DNA from: an uncultured Bdellovibrionales bacterium
GTDB lineage: Bacteria > Patescibacteriota > Minisyncoccia > Moranbacterales > GWC2-37-73
Assembly: GCA_964609855.1 (NCBI GenBank)
Contig: CAZSTB010000004.1
Coordinates: 3,740 to 67,739, forward strand
DNA length: 64,000 bases
Direction of reading: 5' to 3'
The notes beneath the pieces are model-generated. The model searched no databases, was not told where the DNA came from, and was given only the letters and a program-made list of their open reading frames with translations. Position numbers and translations under genes: made by a program. Shown piece by piece: positions 37,386-45,535 of this stretch. Each line of letters begins with the position of its first letter. The first letter of the stretch is position 1.

Positions 37386-37522
37386 ATCATGTATTTATCA
37401 TGCTCGCGCGACCAATGGAAGTGCCCTTGTGATAAACGCGGGGATCCCAGGTTTATAAATATTAGCAAAAATAAAAAAAGCCCGTGGATATTTCCACAGG
37501 CAATTAAAAAGCATTGAGCTAG

Positions 37523-39145
37523 CTATTCACTCCAAGACTCAGTCAGTAGCGGTACGCTACTTGGATTTTTCGGAGCAACTCCGGTGTACGTATAAACGAC
37601 TCTGGCAGTAGCTGCTTTACCGGAAATATCTGTCGCGGTAAAATTTAAACCTAGAATCATGTTACTTGAATTACCGCCGGCTTTTCCCAAGCAACTAAAT
37701 ATGCCGTCGCCAGCAACCTTGTCTCCACTGATGCCTTGATCATTGATGCGTATTCCAGGATTGACCTTTCCGGCATCGGTCTCATATGTGACCGAGCTTA
37801 TATATGCAAGACCGTGCTGATGCGAAACGGATATTTCCGCCAAGACCAGTGTTTCAGTAGTTCCTGATGAGGGAGATAATCTTGCCCAATTTATTATGGG
37901 CTTAATGTCAGCTCCGCCAGCAGGTTTTGTTTGAGCGTACTGTCTTGCTGGCGTTAAAATGAAAGAGTCATCATTTGCCAATATTCCTTCGCCGCCATGC
38001 ACCCCGGCATATTCATATGCTGCTTCTGCTAAACCTACACAGTTGTAATATTCTGGGCCTTTTACGTATTTCCCAAAAATCATTCCATAGGCTCTTTCAA
38101 GATTCAAATAAGGCTTCCCGACTTTGCTTTCAACAAACTCAACAATCTTTTGCCGTTGCTGCATGGTTACATCGTTGAATTTAAGTTCGCGGGCGCCCAT
38201 GTACACAGAATTGTCATGAAAGTAAGCACTAATAAGATAACTTTGAATCGAGTTTGGTACCTTATAATATGCATACCTAACACCGACACCAGGCATAGCC
38301 TCTACTAAATTATATTTGCCGAAGAAAATTACCTCAGGCGTGGCCACTCCCTGACCATTCCAATCTTTCTCACTCGTATAGATTCCCACATGACCAGGAG
38401 TCCATCCAGCCAGAGAAATTGAGGCAACCAATTCAAGTGAAGATTCGCCAGACAATTTAAATAGAAGATCTCCCATTGCTGGCTTTCCGAAATCCTCAGG
38501 AGGCATTCCGCTTAAGCCTGCAATGGAATACAGACTAAAGTGATTAACTTCACCGGTAAGAATATTGTTCACCGTGTCTATACTCAGGACTCTTTCTTCT
38601 TTCCAAACTTTGGTCGTCTTATTAAAAGAATAGAGCTTGAGCGTGGATTTACTTTCAACGCCAGCAATGGCCAGGTCTTCAGCGGAAAAAGGCATCTCAA
38701 TAACCGAAGGCTTACTGAAAACAGTGCCGTCCGGTCCAAAATCTATCACACTTCCAACCGGGTTGAGGCCCACAGGTAAAGCAGCAGTGTTATCTGCAAC
38801 ACCTACCGATATTAAAGTATTCTGGTCGAGGGCCCCGGGGGGAATTTTCAATTTCATTTCTTTTCCCACATCCAGCTGCACAGAAACAGTATCACCCAAG
38901 ATAGCATTCACATCCTTTGTAGCAATCGGCTGCGTAGATGCTGAGAAATTCGAAAAGCCGCTGGCACTTGGTGACTGCTCAGGAATTGTGGGCGGAGCTA
39001 CTACCGGAGGCTGAACTGTCTGGTTTGCCTCATCTTGAGGGGTCACCTGACTAGAGGGCTCACTTGGCCCTGTTCCACCGCTGCAACCAAAAAGGGACAC
39101 TACAAAAAGCGCGAGCAAAAACCATTTCGACTTTCTCATTTCCAA
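37523..39145 (-). CDS. Secreted lipoprotein, possible permuted-papain (NlpC/P60/transglutaminase-like) domain
   Basis: Lipobox LFGCSGG after the signal peptide; YNCVGLAEAAYEYAG resembles the NlpC/P60 catalytic Cys context; weak. Confidence 0.45.
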   Translation of the reverse strand: MEMRKSKWFLLALFVVSLFGCSGGTGPSEPSSQVTPQDEANQTVQPPVVAPPTIPEQSPSASGFSNFSASTQPIATKDVNAILGDTVSVQLDVGKEMKLKIPPGALDQNTLISVGVADNTAALPVGLNPVGSVIDFGPDGTVFSKPSVIEMPFSAEDLAIAGVESKSTLKLYSFNKTTKVWKEERVLSIDTVNNILTGEVNHFSLYSIAGLSGMPPEDFGKPAMGDLLFKLSGESSLELVASISLAGWTPGHVGIYTSEKDWNGQGVATPEVIFFGKYNLVEAMPGVGVRYAYYKVPNSIQSYLISAYFHDNSVYMGARELKFNDVTMQQRQKIVEFVESKVGKPYLNLERAYGMIFGKYVKGPEYYNCVGLAEAAYEYAGVHGGEGILANDDSFILTPARQYAQTKPAGGADIKPIINWARLSPSSGTTETLVLAEISVSHQHGLAYISSVTYETDAGKVNPGIRINDQGISGDKVAGDGIFSCLGKAGGNSSNMILGLNFTATDISGKAATARVVYTYTGVAPKNPSSVPLLTESWSE

Positions 39146-39387
39146 TCTCCTTTTTTGTTGACAACATTGTAGGTGAATTACATAAATGTCTGCAACCGAC
39201 CAACCTCCTTTTTTAAATTATTAAAAAACTATATTGATAGATACGACATTTGAATAATACCATTTCAATTGATATTAGTCTATCTATTTATCTTTATATA
39301 TTCAGTCCTGCCAAACTTGAAATAAAAGGTAGCTTTTACGGTACTAAGTTAGACAAAAATCAAAATTATTAGCAAGAAAAATCAATC

Positions 39388-39573
39388 ATGCCAAAAAGCA
39401 AACAGAGAAAAATTAAAATACCCAAAAGTCTGATTCTTCAATTTGGCGCTTTTTTCGCCTTTTTCTTTTTCAATTCCCTACTTGTACATCTTCGAGGCGT
39501 GCTTATCTCATTGATATTTCTTTTTGGATATTATTCTTGCATCGGCATTCAGAAAGCGCTGATGAAATTATAG
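39388..39573 (+). CDS. Possible small hydrophobic protein (61 aa)
   Basis: ORF only; basic N-terminus then a hydrophobic stretch; sits in a repeat-rich spacer, so could be spurious. Confidence 0.2.
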   Translation: MPKSKQRKIKIPKSLILQFGAFFAFFFFNSLLVHLRGVLISLIFLFGYYSCIGIQKALMKL

Positions 39574-39580
39574 AGGCAGG

Positions 39581-39655
39581 ATTTAGGATGTGGGAATTAG
39601 GCATTAAGAATTAGGAACTAGGACTTAGGAGTTAGGAATTAGGAATTAATAATCA
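39581..39655. repeat. Tandem heptamer array (about 10 units of ATTAGGA-like: ATTTAGGA TGTGGGA ATTAGGC ATTAAGA ATTAGGA ACTAGGA CTTAGGA GTTAGGA ATTAGGA)
   Basis: Seen directly. Confidence 0.8.
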
Positions 39656-39738
39656 ATTATTTATTTTCCTCGCTCATGTCATGCTCATGTCGGGTTCATC
39701 TGCCGATAGGCAGTAATATTTTAGAGAAATCTTAAATA

Positions 39739-39855
39739 AAAACCTGGATCCCCAGCCCGTCTCGAATCGGCGAATGAATGAGAGCCGAGGCGGATCAAGC
39801 TGAGGATGACATATACGAATTGTCATTCCCGACTCGATCGGGAATCCAGGCCCGT
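39739..39855. repeat. Composite GC-rich repeat A3, joining family-A modules (GGGGATCCAGG, GTCAAGCTGAGGATGACA, TGTCATTCCCG..CGGGAATCCAGGCCC) with a family-C core (GCCCGTCTCG...GCCGAGGCGGATC)
   Basis: Module-by-module matches to 37305-37385 (reverse orientation), 18364-18423 and 43385-43420. Confidence 0.65.
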
Positions 39856-39939
39856 ATTTTAATAATATTAACTCAGTCAATTTATTAAAATAAAAATACA
39901 CCAGCAATGTGCTGGTGTATTTTAAATAAGCCAAGTATC

Positions 39940-41349
39940 TTACTTCAAGTTTTTCGCAAAAAATACTGGGAGCCCAGAAATCTTAATTCTTTCCTGCTTC
40001 ATCGTGTCGCGGTCGCGAACAGTCACAGTTTCATCTTCCAAAGAATCGAAGTCGACAGTTATGCAATAAGGAGTTCCGATTTCATCTTGGCGGCGATATC
40101 TTTTTCCCACATTTCCATTGTCATCAAACTCGCACATGAAATCCATTTTCAAAGTGTTGAAAATTTCCTTTGCCTTTGCCACCAATTCAGGTTTGTTTTT
40201 CATGAGCGGGAAAACAGCAACCTTGATCGGTGCGAGTCTTTTGTCCAATTTAAGAACTGTTCTCGTGTCGCCATCGTTGTCCTCAATAGTGTAAGCCTTA
40301 TCAATAAACATCAAAAACAAACGAGCTAGTCCGACTGAAGTTTCCATAATATGAGGAATAAACTTCTCACCAGTTTTTTCATCGAAATAGGTAAGGTCAA
40401 CTCCGGAAAACTTACTGTGTTGTGAAAGATCCCAATCGCCGCGAGCATGAATTCCTTCAACCTCCTTGAATCCTCCCAGTGACTTGAAATTATATTCCAC
40501 ATCATAAGCCTCGGATGCATAGTGAGCTAATTTTTCATGTTCATACCATCTGATATCTTCAGGAGCCATTCCGTATTCAAGATACCAATTCCAGCGCACT
40601 TGTTTCCAGTCATCATATTTATCTTTCATAATGCTTGGATGCAGGAAGTATTGCATTTCCATTTGTTCAAACTCGCGTGTGCGGAAAATGAATTGGCGAG
40701 CCACGATTTCATTACGGAAAGCTTTTCCAACCTGAGCAATACCAAACGGAAGTTTCACGCGCGTAGAATCAATCGTGTTTTTATATTCAAGATAAATACC
40801 ACCGCAAGTTTCCGGACGAAGGTAAACCACATTTTCTTCACTAAGCGCATCGGTTGGAGAGCCAAGATTTGATTTCACCATCAAGGAAAATCTTTTTGCT
40901 GGAGTCACATCAGTCGATCCACAATTTTGACACTTGAGTTTTCCCGCCTCGCGTAGCTTATCAAGCTCAGCATTAATATGTTCCAAGGGAGCCTTATCTA
41001 CACCTTGCACGCCATGAGCTTCCAAAACGTGATCAGCACGCATGCGAGCATTGCATTTTCTGCAATCAATCTGCGGGTCGTCAAAACTATCGATGTGCCC
41101 GGAAGCTTTCCAAGTCGTTGGATGCATAAAAATCGCACTGTCGAGTCCGACAATGTCTTCCCTATATTGCACCATGTGCTTCCACCAAGCATCACGAATA
41201 TTATTCTTTAAAAGTGCTCCGTAATGACCATAGTCATAGATAGCAGCAAAACCTCCATAAATTTCAGAGGATGGAAAAACAAAACCCCTTCTCTTACAAA
41301 GAGAAACGATATCTTCGATTGTTGTTGAAACTTTTTTTTCTTCGCTCAT
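39940..41349 (-). CDS. glyQS: Glycyl-tRNA synthetase, alpha2 homodimeric (GlyQS) type
   Basis: N-terminus RRGFVFPSSEIYGGFAAIYDYGHYGALLKNNI and class II core motifs. Confidence 0.9.
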   Translation of the reverse strand: MSEEKKVSTTIEDIVSLCKRRGFVFPSSEIYGGFAAIYDYGHYGALLKNNIRDAWWKHMVQYREDIVGLDSAIFMHPTTWKASGHIDSFDDPQIDCRKCNARMRADHVLEAHGVQGVDKAPLEHINAELDKLREAGKLKCQNCGSTDVTPAKRFSLMVKSNLGSPTDALSEENVVYLRPETCGGIYLEYKNTIDSTRVKLPFGIAQVGKAFRNEIVARQFIFRTREFEQMEMQYFLHPSIMKDKYDDWKQVRWNWYLEYGMAPEDIRWYEHEKLAHYASEAYDVEYNFKSLGGFKEVEGIHARGDWDLSQHSKFSGVDLTYFDEKTGEKFIPHIMETSVGLARLFLMFIDKAYTIEDNDGDTRTVLKLDKRLAPIKVAVFPLMKNKPELVAKAKEIFNTLKMDFMCEFDDNGNVGKRYRRQDEIGTPYCITVDFDSLEDETVTVRDRDTMKQERIKISGLPVFFAKNLK

Positions 41350-41356
41350 ATAATTT

Positions 41357-41456
41357 TGTCATTCCGACCGCAGTGGAGCCTGCCTGCCGGTAGGCAGGGA
41401 ATCTAAGCCATTAACCCAGATCTCTCGATTCCGCTTCGCTTCACTCGAGATGACAT
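41357..41456. repeat. GC-rich palindromic repeat A4 (TGTCATTCC...GCCTGCCTGCCGGTAGGCAGGGAATC...GAGATGACA)
   Basis: Terminal TGTCAT/ATGACA; internal CTGCCGG(T/C)AGGCAG palindrome also present in 43462-43486 and 39709-39724. Confidence 0.65.
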
Positions 41457-41459
41457 TAA

Positions 41460-42036
41460 AAATAATAATTAAAAACAAAAAAACTCGTCCTGTGCATACC
41501 AAAATGATTGATATGTACGGGACGAGTTATTCTCGCGGTTCCACCCGACTTCCCCCGCCGAGGCGGAGACAACTTTTCTAGTCAGTTAGATTTGCTTTAT
41601 ACAAGCGAAAAGGTGCCACCCTCCTCATCTCACTCACTTCATCTATTATACTCCCTTTAAGGCTAAATGTCAACTGTCTCTTGACAAATTAACCTAATGA
41701 TACTACAATTGACTTTTATGTTAATACTTTCGGTGTAGTTGGTGCCCTCGTGCGCAAGATTGCCTTCATTGTATCTAAACATAAAACAGATGGATAAACT
41801 ACCATTTGTGTTGCAGTCGCTTAAGGCTCAACAAATTTAATTTTTTTATTTTCAAGCGGAGCGAGCGAATTGAAAGTGGGTTTTCAATGTAAACTATAGA
41901 AATTTACTTATTTCTATAGTGAATGAGGAAGATCTTTCAATTCTGAGCGAGCGCAGAAAATATGCTAATATGTTTAGATACTCAAGAAAAAATCGCTATT
42001 ACAGCGAGCTTTTCTTGTGGGTCTTGTACTACATAA
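41460..42036 (+). promoter_or_regulatory. Long ORF-free 5' leader region of the DEAD-box helicase gene with several inverted repeats (e.g. CTCGTCC...GGACGAG at 41495-41537)
   Basis: About 570 bp without an ORF upstream of a cold-shock-type helicase; inference from architecture. Confidence 0.3.
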
Positions 42037-43260
42037 ATGCCAAGCAAAAACTTTAAACCAGGTAGCGCGCGTCCGAAGCGCTCCAGAGCACCTTTCCAAG
42101 GTGGTCAGAAAAACCCCTTTAATAACGGAGGAGGTGGACGCAAAAAACGTTTCACGGGAAATTTTATTGATGTCAGCCGTTTCATTAACAAAGCAGTTCC
42201 TCAAGAAACACAACCGAAATACGTTCCGGACACCGTTTTCGCTGATTTCAATATCAACGAAGCAATTAAAAAAACTATCGCTGCTCGCGGATTCGAACAT
42301 CCTACCCCAATTCAAGATAAAACCATAAACCACATTCTCGAAGGGAAAGATTTGATCGGACTAGCTAACACCGGAACTGGAAAAACTGGAGCATTCTTGA
42401 TTCCAATGCTTAACAAGATCATGAAAAACCCAAGTGAGAAATTGCTTGTGGTTGTGCCGACCCGCGAATTAGCCATTCAGATTCAGGAAGAATTCAGAGC
42501 TTTCGCACAAGGTCTTCGTATCGGATCTGTAGTCGTAGTAGGTGGAGCAAACATCCGCACACAGATAGATTGTCTACGCAGTAAGTACAATGTTGTTATC
42601 GGAACCCCAGGAAGACTTAAGGATCTGATCCAAAGAAAAAATCTTAACCTTGGAAGTTTCGCAAACGTTGTTCTGGATGAAGCTGACCGCATGTTGGACA
42701 TGGGATTCATGCCTGATGTAAAATATCTTCTTTCATTGGTTGCCGAGAAAAGACAAACGTTGTTCTTCTCAGCTACCCTTGCCCCTGAAATTGAAAATTT
42801 GATTAAAGACTTTTTAGTTGACCCGATCAGAGTTTCTATCAAAACCAGAGAAACCAGTTCAAACATAGATCAAGATGTCATTCGCATGAAGCCAGGTGAA
42901 GACAAAATTGAAGTTTTAGAAGAATTGCTCAGAAAAGCGCACTTCTCAAAAGTATTGATTTTCTCTCGCACTAAACATGGCGCAGAAAAACTTGCAAACA
43001 TCTTGCACAGAAACGGATTCAAAGCTGAATCTATTCATGGTGACAAGTCGCACGCAAAACGTCAGAAAGCTTTGAAACTTTTCAAAGAAAACTATATCGA
43101 TATCTTGGTTGCCACCGATGTTGCTGCTCGCGGATTGGACATCCCTGATGTTTCTCACGTTATCAACTTCGATGTGCCTGCAACTTACGATGACTATGTC
43201 CACAGAATCGGAAGAACTGGACGCGCTGGTAAAACTGGAACAGCTTTGACTTTCATTTAA
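42037..43260 (+). CDS. DEAD-box ATP-dependent RNA helicase
   Basis: Q-motif, AxTGTGKT, PTRELA, DEAD (VLDEADRMLDMGF), SAT, HRIGRTGR motifs. Confidence 0.9.
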   Translation: MPSKNFKPGSARPKRSRAPFQGGQKNPFNNGGGGRKKRFTGNFIDVSRFINKAVPQETQPKYVPDTVFADFNINEAIKKTIAARGFEHPTPIQDKTINHILEGKDLIGLANTGTGKTGAFLIPMLNKIMKNPSEKLLVVVPTRELAIQIQEEFRAFAQGLRIGSVVVVGGANIRTQIDCLRSKYNVVIGTPGRLKDLIQRKNLNLGSFANVVLDEADRMLDMGFMPDVKYLLSLVAEKRQTLFFSATLAPEIENLIKDFLVDPIRVSIKTRETSSNIDQDVIRMKPGEDKIEVLEELLRKAHFSKVLIFSRTKHGAEKLANILHRNGFKAESIHGDKSHAKRQKALKLFKENYIDILVATDVAARGLDIPDVSHVINFDVPATYDDYVHRIGRTGRAGKTGTALTFI

Positions 43261-43334
43261 TCTCAGCTTCCACAAATATAGCCAAGAAAAAAGCAACGCC
43301 TTTTACGGTGTTGCTTTTTTTGTTGCTTTAAATT

Positions 43335-43558
43335 TAAAATAAAAGGTATTAACCCCGGGGCAAGCCCCGAACCCCTTGGGTTTCCGCGGCCCGTCTCGCC
43401 CTAGGCTTGCCGAGGTGGACCTGTCTCGTTTGGCACTCGCCAAGGCGGGCAAGCCGCGAGGTACCTGCCTGCCGGCAGGCAGGTTAAACCTATTTGATGT
43501 CATCACTCGCTCGGAAACGAAAATTCATTTTCATTTCGCTCGACTTCGTTCGACAATA
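43335..43558. repeat. GC-rich ~220-bp repeat, family C copy C1
   Basis: About 85-90% identical over ~160 bp to 50243-50402 (AAAAGGTATYAACCCC...GCAAGCCCCGAACC...GGGTTTCCGCGGCCCGTCTCGCCC...GGCTTGCCGAGGTGGACC...CGAAACRAAAATTCATTTTCRTTTCGCTCGACTTCGTT); contains the CCTGCCTGCCGGCAGGCAGG palindrome. Confidence 0.8.
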
Positions 43559-43670
43559 ATCTCCTATTAAAATTCAAATTAGTTTGAAAAGAAATTCTTT
43601 TATTGCTCGCTACGAATATTATCCTGCATCCCATGTACTACAGCATGTAGAAAGGAGGTGAATAAAACAT

Positions 43671-43889
43671 ATGGCAAATCAAAATAGAGGGTTGGCTAGC
43701 GCAGATGAAAAAACTAGACGTGAAGTTGCTAGAAAAGGCGGTCAGGCCGTAAGTCAAGACAGACAACATATGTCTGAAATTGGTAGAAAAGGTGGTCAGA
43801 CCGTAAGTCAGGACAAAAGGCATATGTCTGAAATTGGAAAGAAAGGTGGCGAAGCCTCACACTCTGGAGGTCGCCCATCGAATAGATAA
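43671..43889 (+). CDS. KGG-repeat general stress protein (YciG-like)
   Basis: Three (K/R)KGGQ(A/T)VSQD(R/K)(Q/R)HMSEIG(R/K)KGG repeats; strong RBS AAGGAGGTG 8 nt upstream. Confidence 0.6.
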   Translation: MANQNRGLASADEKTRREVARKGGQAVSQDRQHMSEIGRKGGQTVSQDKRHMSEIGKKGGEASHSGGRPSNR

Positions 43890-43994
43890 TTGAAAAAAAA
43901 TAGGAATTTACTTTAAAGCAGATCCGTTTGTGACCTAAATAAGGGGCTAATAGCCCCTTATTTACCTTATTTATTAGTTTATTTTGTTTTTATA

Positions 43995-44375
43995 TTATCT
44001 GGTTCCTAAAGGAGTTCCGTGACCGCGTCCATGGGTGCTTGAAGAAGATGAAGACATTCCCTCCCAAATTGATACGGCAATTATGACAATACCTAGAATA
44101 ATACTGTTCCATAAAATTCCAGTTGTCATGCCGGTCACGAAGAGTGGAGTCAACAACAGCCAAACTCCAAGAATTCCAGCCACCCAGCTTGTCCACGTAG
44201 CAGCTTTAGTTGAAAACCAGCCCACAAGACCAACTATGGCTACAATAAGACCTACTATGAATTCGTTACTTGAAAATCCCAAATTCATAAAATAAGCGAA
44301 GAACATTAGCCAGAAACCTGCAATCGTATTGATGCCGCTAGCTGTTTTTACACTTTGTTCGTTCATATGTCTCAC
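43995..44375 (-). CDS. Small membrane protein (3-4 TM) with Ser/Gly/His-rich tail
   Basis: Hydropathy; RBS GAGGAGGTG upstream. Confidence 0.4.
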   Translation of the reverse strand: MRHMNEQSVKTASGINTIAGFWLMFFAYFMNLGFSSNEFIVGLIVAIVGLVGWFSTKAATWTSWVAGILGVWLLLTPLFVTGMTTGILWNSIILGIVIIAVSIWEGMSSSSSSTHGRGHGTPLGTR

Positions 44376-44474
44376 CTCCTCTCATAATTTTATCCAAAAC
44401 TGCCATCTTGGTTAAAATTAAATTATTAACACATCTACTCATAACTTCTAATACAATTTGTAGCTGTGAAAATT

Positions 44475-44966
44475 CTAAGAAAGAAAACGTTTGATACGGC
44501 TAAGAAAGAAATCTTGAAATAATTGCACATATACAAAAGCAACGATTGCAGCGATAAACAAGCTGCCAAAAATGTCCAAATAATGATGCACCCCAGCAAA
44601 GACGCGCGAGATTCCAACAATTGATGCCAGCAATAAAAGAATCATGCCAAGTTTTTTATTAAAATAATAAATAAGCATGGCCACTGCACTGGCAAGCAAG
44701 GTATGATCCGATGGAAAACCGTTGTCCGCAACATGAAAAATAAGCGGAGTAAAATCTCCTACCACGAAAGGTCTGGGATTATAAAAAAACTGCGAAAAAA
44801 TACGCGCCAATACAAAAGTAAGCGGCATGGTTATCGTGCCAAAAATCAGCATTTGCCTGCGAACAGCTTTTTTTTGTTTAAAAAGATACCATATTGCAAA
44901 TGCAATACTGATAAAAACCAGATATTTTGCGCCAAATATGATTACCAAATCTAAAGTAGTTTTCAT
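44475..44966 (-). CDS. PAP2-superfamily membrane phosphatase (undecaprenyl-diphosphatase-like)
   Basis: PSDHT (PSGH-like) and SRVFAGVHHYLD (SRx5Hx3D) acid-phosphatase motifs. Confidence 0.7.
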   Translation of the reverse strand: MKTTLDLVIIFGAKYLVFISIAFAIWYLFKQKKAVRRQMLIFGTITMPLTFVLARIFSQFFYNPRPFVVGDFTPLIFHVADNGFPSDHTLLASAVAMLIYYFNKKLGMILLLLASIVGISRVFAGVHHYLDIFGSLFIAAIVAFVYVQLFQDFFLSRIKRFLS

Positions 44967-45064
44967 CTAATTTTTCTTAAGAAATCTTGTTGAAATGATA
45001 ACATACACGGCACATAAAAAAAAGCAGCACCGAGGTACTGCTTTTAAACTCCGCAAAGTGTGGT

Positions 45065-45349
45065 CTACTGATTAAGTGGCTTTTGTCTAAGCTCACTAAT
45101 AAGACAGATGTTTTTGAATACCATAGTTTTTCCATCTTGCCCCTCCTTAACGTTTTCCGTAATTCCGAAAGAATAAGTTTTACCCTCCTCAACTCCAAGT
45201 TTTTTAAAATCAGCTTGCGCTCTGCTCTCTTGACCGTCTTTTTTCATTTGAAAGAAAGAATAAAAACCGCCATTCGCCTTTATTGATGTCCGATTATTGT
45301 CAGTTTTAATTTCTTCCACTGTCATTTCCAAGAATTTGATATCACTCAT
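45065..45349 (-). CDS. Hypothetical small protein
   Basis: ORF only. Confidence 0.3.
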   Translation of the reverse strand: MSDIKFLEMTVEEIKTDNNRTSIKANGGFYSFFQMKKDGQESRAQADFKKLGVEEGKTYSFGITENVKEGQDGKTMVFKNICLISELRQKPLNQ

Positions 45350-45438
45350 TTTTTCTTCTTTAAATTAATTAATTTTCGCAAAATGTTGCCATAAATTTTG
45401 CTATTGGTATATTCTAGCACATTTTTTTTTAATTGCAC

Positions 45439-45469
45439 AAAAAAAGACCACCGGCTTAGCCAAGTGGTC
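45439..45469 (-). terminator. Rho-independent terminator 3' of the REC-rSAM gene (GACCAC-N12-GTGGTC followed by a 7-nt U-run on the minus strand)
   Basis: Hairpin plus T-tract seen directly. Confidence 0.6.
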
Positions 45470-45535
45470 ATCTATTTCAAGAAACAGAACATTTTACAAC
45501 CCTCCATTATTTTTCTCATTGCAGTTCCCCCATGC

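Noticed and set aside
39581-39655. Possible CRISPR array (also considered for the AAATTG and GCTAAAA tandem tracts)
   Set aside because: The units are 7 bp with no spacers. No 24-40-bp repeat/spacer periodicity and no cas genes anywhere in the window.
43303-43570. ORFs 43303..43506 (-) and 43376..43570 (+), and similarly 50069..50407 (-), with mutually similar translations (…SASLGRDGPRKP…FGAC…)
   Set aside because: They lie entirely on the two copies of the GC-rich family-C repeat. High GC in an AT-rich genome suppresses stop codons, so the shared 'protein' similarity is just the repeated DNA. No RBS or coding periodicity.
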